Source: Eukaryota sp. TZLM1-RC
Lineage: Eukaryota; Protista; Metamonada: BaSk clade
Length of the DNA: 64,000 nucleotides
Direction of reading: 5' to 3'
Assembly (NCBI GenBank): GCA_040285825.1
Contig: JAUPSS010000004.1
Span: 6,043,784 to 6,107,783, forward strand
Numbering within the stretch: the first letter of the stretch is position 1; every line of letters begins with the position of its first letter. The notes under the pieces were generated by a model that worked only from the letters and a program-made list of their open reading frames with translations, ran no database searches and was not told the DNA's origin. This document shows, one piece after another, positions 1-11,504 of this stretch. The translations under genes and the position numbers were made by a program.

Positions 1-532
1 CAATAAAAATAATCATTTACAAAATTAAATCATGGCTTTAGCTCGATTAGATTAGATTTGTAAATCGAGTATTACAGTATTAGCAAAAGACCACTTTGTT
101 AACGAAAATTACTGTACCAGAAAATACTGTGACCATCAAACGTCAGGAATAAAGGTTGTCCTGTATCAGGTTTCATATAAGAAGTTCATAACTGATTAAC
201 AATGATGAAATTGGATTCGAGAACGCCATAGGAAGATAATCAATTTCTTGTTGTTATCAGTTGAAAGATTACTTAGAAGTCGTTCAAGCAATTGCCTGAC
301 TCAAAAAATAGTGTTAATAAATACAAGTTGTGTGATTCTGTCAGGATTAGATATTTCAATATCATATTCTAAAGATCTATAGTGTTCTTAGATTTGAAGT
401 TAAATGTACCTACATGATTAAATTTCCTTCTTGGAGTTTATATACAATATAAATGAAACTCAGAATGTTACATTAATCTCATAAAATAAAGATCATTAGA
501 GATTCTGCATAAGCATGCAACAAGTGGATGCT

Positions 533-1250
533 TTAATGACACGCCCAACCAAAACTAAACTCAGTGACACAATTGGGACACTGTTGCAATTGACCACTGC
601 CACTATCACCAAACATGAAGTCTACATTACATTCACTTTCGATGTTAAATATGTGCCGTTTTTGAGTGCCACATATCTTACACTTTGAATACTCTGGACC
701 CTGAACAAAAGCTGGAGCACTACAGTCAGTTGAAATAAAATCCATACCCCAAAAGTTTATCCATTACCTGAGGGTAAGCTAAATCTTCTTCTGATTCAAC
801 AATAGTTTCGAGTTCATCGGGATATAGGATGTCCCAGAATTCTGCGTCTTCCCATGCACGATAGTCTGCGAAAGGTTTCCAATCAATTATGAACTTCTCC
901 TTATAGCCTTCTGAAATAACGACATCATGACTAACATGTTCAGATCTTGGGACAAAATATCTACAGAGTTGACCTTCACCATCGTGCTCATACGAACCCA
1001 GGTCACGATCATAGAATAGCTGAATGTAACCAGTGTCCAAATTGAGTACTTTTTTGGCTTCGTCTGGTAAAGTATCAACGTGTAGCTGAAGCATAAGAGG
1101 ATATTTTGGAGGAGGATGGTCTTCATCTGCAAAGGCCTTTCCACCAAACTTGCTCTGAGATGGACTTTTTCCAATAACTGGTTCATAGCCCGTAACTCGA
1201 AGTTCAGGGTAATCGTAGCCAGCTTCTTTCAGATTGTCTTTTATTGTCAT
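533..1250 (-). CDS. DUF1963/YwqG-family protein, 2 exons (intron 720-747)
   Basis: ORFs 726..1250 and 533..745 join through a 28-bp GTATGG...CTGACTGTAG intron to give SKFGG...LMLQL...IQLFYD...DKLLGAPAFVQGPEYSKCKICG...FMFGDSGSGQLQQCPNC...FGWACH, the YwqG/DUF1963 pattern. Confidence 0.75.
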
Positions 1251-1507
1251 AAAATATACAGATAGTGAAAATGGTGTTCTCCATAATTTTCATCTCAGTT
1301 TCGTTTTCATCACGTTATTTCAAAATTACAATCACAGTAAAAACTCTCCAATGGAAATCGGTGAACCACATTCTGTTTCAACTGAGAAGAGGTTCAATAG
1401 CCGAGATTTTATTGATATTTGCATTATCCAGACAATCTGGAACATTTTCAAATCATTGATTTCTCGTTAAAATTTTTTTATCAAATTTTATTACCAAACA
1501 TGTTATA

Positions 1508-1608
1508 TTTATTGAATTTGCACACTTAATTAAATTAACTCATAACTAATGGGACGACTATCATTGAACCAAGATTTCCTCTACAAAATCTTGATCTGCT
1601 TGCTGCTT
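1508..1608 (-). mobile_element. ~100-bp 3'-terminal fragment of CRE-like non-LTR family B
   Basis: Reverse complement matches 16895-16990; flanked by ACATGTTATA (1498-1507) / ACATGATATA (1609-1618), a probable TSD. Confidence 0.8.
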
Positions 1609-1890
1609 ACATGATATACTAGTTCAAAATTTAAAAGTGTATTCAGATATTTGAACCCGTTCTAAATCAACTATTTCAGACCCTTCTGTAAAAGCATGAA
1701 ATATTCTGCAAGTGTTTTTCTTACGAGCGCTTGTCCACATTTTCTTTTTCTCGAGTTCTTTTGTACATTAAAAGTCAATTTCCATGAGAAGAGAGTGCAA
1801 TGTTCTTTGGTACCAATACCCTCCAGTGTTGGCACTTATTCATTTTGTTCAGATCATTGAAAAGATTACAAATATAATTCAGATATTCAA

Positions 1891-2515
1891 TTGTATACCA
1901 ACAATGGTGGGAAGATTGTTATCCCAGATAGTTTAAAAAAGCAGACTTTAACTATCATTCATGGACTTGCAAATGTTGGTCATCCTAGGGTGACGACTAG
2001 CGTAAGGAAATTACTCGATAGTGATTACTTTTGGCCAAACATGCGCAAAGACATGATCAATCATATTAAGAGATGTCCAGCATGTCAAAAGACGGCCCAT
2101 GTGCCTAAAAATGTCATTGAATCATCTGGCTCTCTTTGGGCAGATCGTCCTGTTGCTCGAATAAACGCAGACACTATTGGACCATTACAACATGATGATA
2201 ATGGATTAAAGTATTTAATAGTTTTTGTAGATTCGTTCACTAGATGCACGATCATTTGCCCTGCAAAGGAATTGAATTCAGTGGAGCGACCATCCACCTC
2301 CTATGGAGTGTAGTATCAATTTTTGGTATCCCACTGTTGATTCATAGGTATTGAATTTGCAAATGCCATATTCAAAGGGTTATGCGATTTATTAAACATT
2401 GAAGTAAGTCGTCCACTAACTGGTTTTGTACAAAGCAATGGGTTAGTAGAAATACGTCTCAGAGACATTTTACAAAGTGTGAGAAAGATTTTGGTGGACC
2501 CTGACGATTATAGCA
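1891..2515 (+). pseudogene. Ty3/gypsy integrase fragment (H2C2 zinc domain + degraded DDE core)
   Basis: H..GHP...YFWPNM...CPACQK, ADTIGPL, LIVFVDSFTR; after a frameshift SIFGIP...EFAN...QSNGLVE. Confidence 0.85.
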
Positions 2516-2620
2516 AAAAACCTGACAAAAACCTGATTTTGGCATGGTAAAGTAAATTGGCACTGATAATCAGCTCAATTGTTTTGAGGACATCCCAAGG
2601 ATAATCCCATTGAAATTTCT

Positions 2621-2902
2621 CTAATTACTTTTATTTGCCAATGTGGGTGCTTTAGAAGCTGCCATGATTTTTGATAATGAATTAGGAGTGATACTATTGG
2701 GGTAAGTCAGTGGGTTCTTAGGAGAAAGGCTAAGAGCGAATGTGGTTAGCGTACTATTGTTAGTTAGGAACGACACAATTGTAAGTGTAAGGGAGTCAGA
2801 AATGTTGTTTCCGCTGATGTTGAGGGAAGTTAAGGAGACAGGACAAGACATGATCGTAGATGTATTATGGTCACGAAGGATGTTGTCACTGAGAGATATC
2901 AC
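2621..2902 (-). pseudogene. Leucine-rich repeat (RI-like) fragment
   Basis: ISLSDNIL, LTSLNISGNNISD, FLTNNSTLTTF; no clear start. Confidence 0.45.
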
Positions 2903-3302
2903 ACCACTGTGTGGATAAGTGTTTTTCCATGTATTGCGTACCTGTACGCGTATTGTGATCTTGCTGCTTTAACTATCATTTGATCGTGATATCATATAGT
3001 GACAGAACTAAAGTAAGCTTAACGTCTATCAAGATTGCATGAATTGCTCAAAAGCCAGAAGTGCGTTTTGATAGAAATTCACAATAACTTATTGAAGGAA
3101 ACTACCAACTTTTATTCCATCGCAAACTCTTTTCCACTTTCTGTGTTCCTTATTGCGCATTATGCTTCACAACTTTGATTTTCTAATTCAATGATTTTGC
3201 ATTCAGTCTATTCTTTATGTAACAATTGGATCCGGCAATATGTTCACCAACACTTTTTTTAGATGTTGATAATTCTTTAATTGTATTAGATGTATGTGGA
3301 TG

Positions 3303-3388
3303 AAGATTTTGTAGAGTAAATCTTGGTCAATGAATTTCGTCCCATTAGTTATGAGTTTAATTTGTTAAGTTCACAAGATCAATAAATC
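3303..3388 (+). mobile_element. Short diverged 3'-terminal fragment of non-LTR family B
   Basis: AAGATTTTGTAGAG..AAATCTTGG...CGTCCCATTAGTTATGA...TCAATAAA matches the 3' end of the 15907-16992 element. Confidence 0.7.
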
Positions 3389-3743
3389 AAAAACAACAAT
3401 TTATGTGTCTCATATACCTTCTTCACAAATGATTTTTGCGATCCATACATACAGATGGATTGTTGTCTTCAGTGTTTCTGAGTTTTGTGTGAAGTAGTCA
3501 AAGCATCAAGAGCTCTGACCTTGCTGTCTTCACTTGCTGCCACTATGAGGGAAGATATATCTACCCCAGAAAAAAGGTGATCAGTTTTTAGAGGCATTAA
3601 TTAATTTTGATCAGAATCAGAGGTGAATGGAATGGGAATGGTGATTCACCAAACTTGCAATTCACAGTTGAACATCTTTGGTGGAGTGTCTTCTTCCATC
3701 AGCCCACTTCTAATCGTCCTTTACACCTTGCTATAACCAATAA

Positions 3744-4603
3744 ATGCCTAAATTCCTAGATGTTCCTCCTCCCAAAACTGCTCCTATTTTTGATCGTTTT
3801 ACTGATGAATGGCTACTGGAACTTGAAGAGCTTAAAACATCCCCTTCCATAAAAGACGGTTATACGTTTAATCAAGAGTGGAATGAGCGAACCACCACCA
3901 TACAGTTCATTTTAACCGCTGCCAACAAGCTGAATTTGTTTGTAGTGTTGTTTCTCTAACAGCAGACCTCCTGCCACATCTCACACGGCATGTGTTTATT
4001 TCCATCGTTTTTTCACTAGGTGGTCACTTAAACTCTATACCCCATCAGTTTGTTTTATATTTCCTTCACTAATTCTAGTTTGCTGTTTCAGCCTGCCTTT
4101 TTGTGGCTTGCAAGCATTGTGATACTTCCATGAAGCTCGAGCACATTGTTAAACACGTCGAAGTGCTCAATCATCATTACAAGCGACAAGTTCCTCCAGA
4201 ATTCACACCAGATAAACTACATGAACTGTGTAGCCTTGCTCTTAGGTATGAACGACAATTACTCTACACTTTAGCGTTTAAAACTGAAGTCAAGCACCCT
4301 TCGACTATCATTGCAGAGTTCATCAAAGATACGCCTCTCAACAGGAAGAGTGATCCAAAGCGAAAGTTTGTCTCTATATGTAATAAGTTTCTACATGATT
4401 CATATCAAACACCACTATGCTTGCTTTATCCCCCTGAGTTTATAGCAGCAACCTGTATCTTTTTAGCTGTGTCTTACACCAAAGGTTCATTTGAAGATAT
4501 TGGAGGACCTTCTTGGTTTACAACACTGCATCCAGAGCTGAATAGGCATGATCTTGATAGGGCATCAGTGATATTGTTGAAATTATATGAGCAGTCGTCT
4601 TGA
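3744..4603 (+). CDS. Transcriptional cyclin (cyclin K/T/L-like), 3 exons (introns 3938-3965, 4048-4078)
   Basis: Spliced frame gives KLNLPPATSHTACVYFHRFF...SACLFVACK...ERQLLYTLAF...HP...DSYQTPLCLLYPPEFIAATCIFLA (two cyclin boxes). Confidence 0.85.
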
Positions 4604-4740
4604 TTTAGTGGTATTTTAGTTTAAGTTGTTTGTGAACGTAGAAGTTTTCAATGTTTTCCAAAAATTTTTACTTCCTTAACGTTTTTCCAGGTTTTTTTGT
4701 GCAATACATTATTGTTTAAATCATTATAATTTGATGATAA

Positions 4741-4800
4741 GTGGGAAATTCCCCAATTCAAATAGTAACTTGTTTAGATTGTGGGAAATTCCCATATTCA
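4741..4800. repeat. Direct repeat GTGGGAAATTCCC..ATTCA x2 (40-bp period) upstream of XRCC4
   Basis: 4741-4760 and 4781-4800 are near-identical; the core GGGAAATTCCC is quasi-palindromic. Confidence 0.6.
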
Positions 4801-4890
4801 CACGATCAATTTTCGTGCGGAATAATTACAAACAGCCTGAGATCAGGTAAACCCCCTTCTTACTTCATTTTCTCATCATAACACTTATAC

Positions 4891-5589
4891 ATGGATCAAT
4901 TATTACATGGACCTCTTGTTGGGGTGGTCACATCTGAATTTGATCGCTTTATATTGAGCTTATCTGGAAATCCTGACAACTCCCTTCTTAAGATTGTTCA
5001 CAGGGAAAGGGTCTTGAGTTATGAAGGGCAAATACGTGATCATGTTTTCAATTCCTTATCCAAAGTAATCACTGTCGGCCTTTCTGAAGACTCTTCCTTG
5101 TTGTTATATGATGAAGATCTCGAGTTCATAACCACTATTCAAGGAATAAAATGCAAGTTTACGTTGACGCTAAAAATTGTGGATACAGACCCCTTTGAGT
5201 GCCTATTAGATCTAATGGCCAACTGTACAACTACTTTGAGACAAGTACATAGTGATCTTGAGACTATTAAACAAGAAAATGTTTTTCTCAAATCTGACAG
5301 TATTAAAGTTCTTGAGCTGAAAGACAAAGTTGTAACAGAAACTACAAACTTGGAGAAGGAAATGATGGCTAAGTTTTGTCTCTTGCTCAATGAGAAGAAG
5401 GCTAAGATTACCTCACTTGTCAAAGAAAATGAGGACTTAAAATCTACTATTGAATCATTAGAAAAGCCCACAGTCAATTTATTTGAGGAAGACCATGTGG
5501 ATAGCATGGTTCTTTCCAGTCAAAGCAAGGTACCGAGTAGGACCAAGGGGAGAGGCATTGCTGCATTGAAACGTTCTGCTTTGCGTTGA
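4891..5589 (+). CDS. XRCC4: XRCC4-like NHEJ protein
   Basis: Beta-rich head then coiled coil with EKEMMAKFCLLLNEKKAKITSL, like the XRCC4 ligase IV-binding segment (F.LVLNEKK.KIR.L). Confidence 0.75.
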   Translation: MDQLLHGPLVGVVTSEFDRFILSLSGNPDNSLLKIVHRERVLSYEGQIRDHVFNSLSKVITVGLSEDSSLLLYDEDLEFITTIQGIKCKFTLTLKIVDTDPFECLLDLMANCTTTLRQVHSDLETIKQENVFLKSDSIKVLELKDKVVTETTNLEKEMMAKFCLLLNEKKAKITSLVKENEDLKSTIESLEKPTVNLFEEDHVDSMVLSSQSKVPSRTKGRGIAALKRSALR

Positions 5590-5839
5590 AGGTTTTTTAT
5601 TGTTACTAGTTTTTATGTCTGTTCTGATGAGATTTTGTGAAAATATTCTATTTGGTGGAGTGGACTGAGGAATACTTGGAAACCATTCTTTAGTAACTTT
5701 TTTTTGTTTCATCATTAATTCTCTTTATTTTTTCCCTTTCGTTAATTTCTATTAGCTGCTCTCATGTAGTTTACTTCATTATTCACCGTTTTCAGTGAGT
5801 TCAATGGTAAAACATTATTTTATTTTGTAAAACATTAGG

Positions 5840-5968
5840 TTTGACAACAGAGGTTCCAAAGAAAGATTCATCTCTATGAGACTTACACATACAATATAAT
5901 TGGTCTCTTACAGCAACGTGAACATTGCTTCTAAAAGTAATAAAATGTTTACAATTTAACAAATGAGT
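5840..5968 (-). mobile_element. Internal fragment (Zn knuckle/HDAVRD region) of CRE-like family A, inverted, at the left edge of the array
   Basis: Translates THLLNCKHFITFRSNVHVAVRDQLYCMCKSHR; near-identical to ~31057-31185. Confidence 0.85.
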
Positions 5969-6028
5969 CATTGTTTTGCCAATTTTGTAACTAAAACTGT
6001 TTAAGTTCTCATCTGATACTTTACAAAT

Positions 6029-6147
6029 GGATGCGGCCATACTTGGTCTATAGCACCGGATCCCATTCCGAATTCCGAAGTTAAACGGCCACAGGCCTGG
6101 TCAGTAGTTGGGTGGGAGACCACCAGCGAACACTGGGTGCTGCATCC
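6029..6147 (+). rRNA. 5S: 5S rRNA
   Basis: 119 nt; 9-bp helix I GGAUGCGGC/GCUGCAUCC; conserved GGCCAUAC, GAUCCCAUUCCGAA, GAAGUUAA, AGUA, GGGAGACC; followed by a TTTT Pol III terminator. Confidence 0.95.
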
Positions 6148-6411
6148 TTTTAACAATATGTTTGTTAAAAAATTGTTTTTCAAGAAATTGTCTATTGATC
6201 AAGTTTATTCAACTGGGAATTCATTTTTTAAACATGATCATTGTTTTTAATTGTAATGATAAAAATTAATGAAGAGAATGAAATACAACATCATCCTTTT
6301 TAACTAAAATTGTTTTTTAATGGTAATGGTAGCTACAGTTTCCCAACAACATTTTTTTGCCAATTTTGTAACTAAAAAAATGTTTAAATTCTCATCTGAT
6401 ATTTTACAAAT

Positions 6412-6530
6412 GGATGCGGCCATACTTGGTCTATAGCACCGGATCCCATTCCGAATTCCGAAGTTAAGCGGCCACAGGCCTGGTCAGTAGTTGGGTGGGA
6501 GACCACCAGCGAACACTGGGTGCTGCATCC
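6412..6530 (+). rRNA. 5S: 5S rRNA
   Basis: array copy. Confidence 0.95.
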
Positions 6531-6794
6531 TTTTAACAATATGTTTGTTAAAAAATTGTTTCTCAACAAATTGTCAATTGATCAAGTTTATTCAACTTGG
6601 AATTCATTTTTTAAATATGATCATTGTTTTTAATTGTAATGATAAAAATTAATGAAGAGAATGAAATACAACATCATCCTTTTTAACTAAAATTGTTTTT
6701 AAATGGTAATGGTAGCTACAGTTTCCCAACAACATTTTTTTGCCAATTTTGTAACTAAAAAAATGTTTAAATTCTCATCTGATACTTTACAAAT

Positions 6795-6913
6795 GGATGC
6801 GGCCATACTTGGTCTATAGCACCGGATCCCATTCCGAATTCCGAAGTTAAGCGGCCACAGGCCTGGTCAGTAGTTGGGTGGGAGACCACCAGCGAACACT
6901 GGGTGCTGCATCC
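6795..6913 (+). rRNA. 5S: 5S rRNA
   Basis: array copy. Confidence 0.95.
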
Positions 6914-7173
6914 TTTTAACAATATGTTTGTTAAAAAATTGTTTCTCAACAAATTGTCAATTGATCAAGTTTATTCAACTTGGAATTCATTTTTTAAATA
7001 TGATCATTGTTTTTAATTGTAATGATAAAAATTAATGAAGAGAATGAAATACAACATCATCCTTTTTAACTAAAATTGTTTTTAAATGGTAATGGTAGCT
7101 ACAGTTTCCCAACAACATTTTTGCCAATTTTGTAACTAAAAATGTTTAAATTCTCATCTGATACTTTACAAAT

Positions 7174-7292
7174 GGATGCGGCCATACTTGGTCTATAGCA
7201 CCGGATCCCATTCCGAATTCCGAAGTTAAGCGGCCACAGGCCTGGTCAGTAGTTGGGTGGGAGACCACCAGCGAACACTGGGTGCTGCATCC
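7174..7292 (+). rRNA. 5S: 5S rRNA
   Basis: array copy. Confidence 0.95.
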
Positions 7293-7552
7293 TTTTAACA
7301 ATATGTTTGTTAAAAAATTGTTTTTCAAGAAATTGTCTATTGATCAAGTTTATTCAACTGGGAATTCATTTTTTAAACATGATCATTGTTTTTAATTGTA
7401 ATGATAAAAATTAATGAAGAGAATGAAATACAATATCATCCTTTTTAACTAAAATTGTTTTTAAATGGTAATGGTAGCTACAGTTTCCCAACAACATTTT
7501 TGCCAATTTTGTAACTAAAAATGTTTAAATTCTCATCTGATATTTTACAAAT

Positions 7553-7671
7553 GGATGCGGCCATACTTGGTCTATAGCACCGGATCCCATTCCGAATTCC
7601 GAAGTTAAGCGGCCACAGGCCTGGTCAGTAGTTGGGTGGGAGACCACCAGCGAACACTGGGTGCTGCATCC
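7553..7671 (+). rRNA. 5S: 5S rRNA
   Basis: array copy. Confidence 0.95.
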
Positions 7672-7934
7672 TTTTAACAATAGGTTTGTTAAAAAATTGT
7701 TTTTCAACAAATTGTCAATTGATCAAGTTTATTCAACTGGGAATTCATTTTTAAATATGATCATTGTTTTTTTAATTGAAATGATAAAAAAATTAATGAA
7801 GAGAATGAAATACAATATCATCCTTTTTAACTAAAATTGTTTTTAAATGGTAATGGTAGCTACAGTTTCCCAACAACATTTTTGCCAATTTTGTAACTAA
7901 AAATGTTTAAATTCTCATCTGATACTTTACAAAT

Positions 7935-8053
7935 GGATGCGGCCATACTTGGTCTATAGCACCGGATCCCATTCCGAATTCCGAAGTTAAGCGGCCACAG
8001 GCCTGGTCAGTAGTTGGGTGGGAGACCACCAGCGAACACTGGGTGCTGCATCC
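7935..8053 (+). rRNA. 5S: 5S rRNA
   Basis: array copy. Confidence 0.95.
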
Positions 8054-8314
8054 TTTTAACAATATGTTTGTTAAAAAAATTGTTTTTCAACAGATAGTCA
8101 ATTGATCAAGTTTATTCAACTGGGAATTCATTTTTTAAATATGATCATTGTTTTTAATTGTAATGATAAAAATTAATGAAGAGAACGAAATACAACATCA
8201 TCCTTTTTAACTAAAATTGTTTTTAAATGGTAATGGTAGCTACAGTTTCCCAACAACATTTTTGCCAATTTTGTAACTAAAAATGTTTAAATTCTCATCT
8301 GATATTTTACAAAT

Positions 8315-8433
8315 GGATGCGGCCATACTTGGTCTATAGCACCGGATCCCATTCCGAATTCCGAAGTTAAGCGGCCACAGGCCTGGTCAGTAGTTGGGTG
8401 GGAGACCACCAGCGAACACTGGGTGCTGCATCC
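8315..8433 (+). rRNA. 5S: 5S rRNA
   Basis: array copy. Confidence 0.95.
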
Positions 8434-8692
8434 TTTTACAACATGTTTGTTAAAAAATTGTTTTTCAACAAATTGTCAAGTGATCAAGTTTATTCAACTG
8501 GGAATTCATTTTTTAAATATGATCATTGTTTTTAATTGTAATGATAAAAATTAATGAAGAGAATGAAATACAACATCATCCTTTTTAACTAAAATTGTTT
8601 TTAAATGGTAATGGTAGCTACAGTTTCCCAACAACATTTTTGCCAATTTTGTAACTAAAAATGTTTAAATTCTCATCCGATACTTTACTAAT

Positions 8693-8811
8693 GGATGCGG
8701 CCATACTTGGTCTATAGCACCGGATCCCATTCCGAATTCCGAAGTTAAGCGGCCACAGGCCTGGTCAGTAGTTGGGTGGGAGACCACCAGCGAACACTGG
8801 GTGCTGCATCC
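8693..8811 (+). rRNA. 5S: 5S rRNA
   Basis: array copy. Confidence 0.95.
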
Positions 8812-9074
8812 TTTTAACAATATGTTTGTTAAAAAATTGTTTCTCAACAAATTGTCAATTGATCAAGTTTATTCAACTTGGAATTCATTTTTTAAATATG
8901 ATCATTGTTTTTAATTGTAATGATAAAAATTAATGAAGAGAATGAAATACAACATCATCCTTTTTAACTAAAATTGTTTTTAAATGGTAATGGTAGCTAC
9001 AGTTTCCCAACAACATTTTTTTGCCAATTTTTGTAACTAAAAATGTTTAAATTCTCATCTGATATTTTACAAAT

Positions 9075-9193
9075 GGATGCGGCCATACTTGGTCTATAGC
9101 ACCGGATCCCATTCCGAATTCCGAAGTTAAGCGGCCACAGGCCTGGTCAGTAGTTGGGTGGGAGACCACCAGCGAACACTGGGTGCTGCATCC
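9075..9193 (+). rRNA. 5S: 5S rRNA
   Basis: array copy. Confidence 0.95.
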
Positions 9194-9460
9194 TTTTAAC
9201 AATATGTTTGTTAAAAAAATTGTTTTTCAACAAATTGTCAGTTGATCAAGTTTATTCAACTTGGAATTCATTTTTTTAAAATATGATCATTGTTTTTTTA
9301 ATTGTAATGATAAAAATTAATGAAGAGAATGAAATACAACATCATCCTTTTTAACTAAAAATTGTTTTTTAAATGGTAATGGTAGCTACAGTTTCCCAAC
9401 AACATTTTTGCCAATTTTGTAACTAAAAATGTTTAAATTCTCATCTGATACTTTACAAAT

Positions 9461-9579
9461 GGATGCGGCCATACTTGGTCTATAGCACCGGATCCCATTC
9501 CGAATTCCGAAGTTAAGCGGCCACAGGCCTGGTCAGTAGTTGGGTGGGAGACCACCAGCGAACACTGGGTGCTGCATCC
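9461..9579 (+). rRNA. 5S: 5S rRNA
   Basis: array copy. Confidence 0.95.
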
Positions 9580-9839
9580 TTTTACAATATGTTTGTTAAA
9601 AAATTGTTTTTCAACAAATTGTCAATTGATCAAGTTTATTCAACTGGGAATTCATTTTTTAAATATGATCATTGTTTTTAATTGTAATGATAAAAATTAA
9701 TGAAGAGAATGAAATACAACATCATCCTTTTTAACTAAAATTGTTTTTAAATGGTAATGGTAGCTACAGTTTCCCAACAACATTTTTGCCAATTTTGTAA
9801 CTAAAAATGTTTAAATTCTCATCTGATACTTTTACAAAT

Positions 9840-9958
9840 GGATGCGGCCATACTTGGTCTATAGCACCGGATCCCATTCCGAATTCCGAAGTTAAGCGGC
9901 CACAGGCCTGGTCAGTAGTTGGGTGGGAGACCACCAGCGAACACTGGGTGCTGCATCC
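9840..9958 (+). rRNA. 5S: 5S rRNA
   Basis: array copy. Confidence 0.95.
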
Positions 9959-10224
9959 TTTTTAACAATAGGTTTGTTAAAAAAATTGTTTTTCAACAAA
10001 TTGTCAATTGATCAAGTTTATTCAACTTGGAATTCATTTTTTAAAATATGATCATTGTTTTTAATTGTAATGATAAAAATTAATGAAGAGAATGAAATAC
10101 AACATCATCCTTTTTAACTAAAAATTGTTTTTAAATGGTAATGGTAGCTACAGTTTCCCAACAACATTTTTGCCAATTTTGTAACTAAAAAAATGTTTAA
10201 ATTCTCATCTGATACTTTACAAAT

Positions 10225-10342
10225 GGATGCGGCCATACTTGGTCTATAGCACCGGATCCCATTCCGAATTCGAAGTTAAGCGGCCACAGGCCTGGTCAGT
10301 AGTTGGGTGGGAGACCACCAGCGAACACTGGGTGCTGCATCC
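10225..10342 (+). rRNA. 5S: 5S rRNA
   Basis: array copy, 1-nt deletion (possible read error). Confidence 0.9.
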
Positions 10343-10612
10343 TTTTTAACAATATGTTTGTTAAAAAAATTGTTTTTCAACAAATTGTCAATTGATCAAG
10401 TTTATTCAACTTGGGAATTCATTTTTTTAAATATGATCATTGTTTTTTTAATTGTAATGATAAAAATTAATGAAGAGAATGAAATACAACATCATCCTTT
10501 TTTTAACTAAAAATTGTTTTTTTAAATGGTAATGGTAGCTACAGTTTCCCAACAACATTTTTGCCAATTTTGTAACTAAAATGTTTAAATTCTCATCTGA
10601 TACTTTACAAAT

Positions 10613-10730
10613 GGATGCGGCCATACTTGGTCTATAGCACCGGATCCCATTCCGAATTCGAAGTTAAGCGGCCACAGGCCTGGTCAGTAGTTGGGTGGGA
10701 GACCACCAGCGAACACTGGGTGCTGCATCC
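10613..10730 (+). rRNA. 5S: 5S rRNA
   Basis: array copy, 1-nt deletion. Confidence 0.9.
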
Positions 10731-10999
10731 TTTTAACAATAGGTTTGTTAAAAAAATTGTTTTTTTCAACAAATTGTCAATTGATCAAGTTTTATTCAAC
10801 TTGGGAATTCATTTTTTTAAATATGATCATTGTTTTTTAATTGTAATGATAAAAATTAATGAAGAGAATGAAATACAACATCATCCTTTTTAACTAAAAA
10901 TTGTTTTTTAAATGGTAATGGTAGCTACAGTTTCCCAACAACATTTTTGCCAATTTTGTAACTAAAAATGTTTAAATTCTCATCTGATACTTTACAAAT

Positions 11000-11117
11000 G
11001 GATGCGGCCATACTTGGTCTATAGCACCGGATCCCATTCCGAATTCGAAGTTAAGCGGCCACAGGCCTGGTCAGTAGTTGGGTGGGAGACCACCAGCGAA
11101 CACTGGGTGCTGCATCC
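11000..11117 (+). rRNA. 5S: 5S rRNA
   Basis: array copy, 1-nt deletion. Confidence 0.9.
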
Positions 11118-11385
11118 TTTTTAACAATATGTTTGTTAAAAAAATTGTTTTCTCAACAAATTGTCAATTGATCAAGTTTATTCAACTGGGAATTCATTTT
11201 TTTAAATATGATCATTGTTTTTTAATTGTAATGATAAAAATTAATGAAGAGAATGAAATACAACATCATCCTTTTTAACTAAAATTGTTTTTAAATGGTA
11301 ATGGTAGCTACAGTTTCCCAACAACATTTTTTTGCCAATTTTGTAACTAAAAATGTTTAAATTCTCATCTGATACTTTACTAAAT

Positions 11386-11504
11386 GGATGCGGCCATACT
11401 TGGTCTATAGCACCGGATCCCATTCCGAATTCCGAAGTTAAGCGGCCACAGGCCTGGTCAGTAGTTGGGTGGGAGACCACCAGCGAACACTGGGTGCTGC
11501 ATCC
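11386..11504 (+). rRNA. 5S: 5S rRNA
   Basis: array copy. Confidence 0.95.

Noticed and set aside
1508-3388. Inverted pair of repeats flanking an integrase fragment, read as a TIR (Ginger/Polinton-like) transposon
   Set aside because: The repeats are 3' stubs of non-LTR family B, diverged from each other, and one has its own TSD; the integrase is degraded gypsy-type
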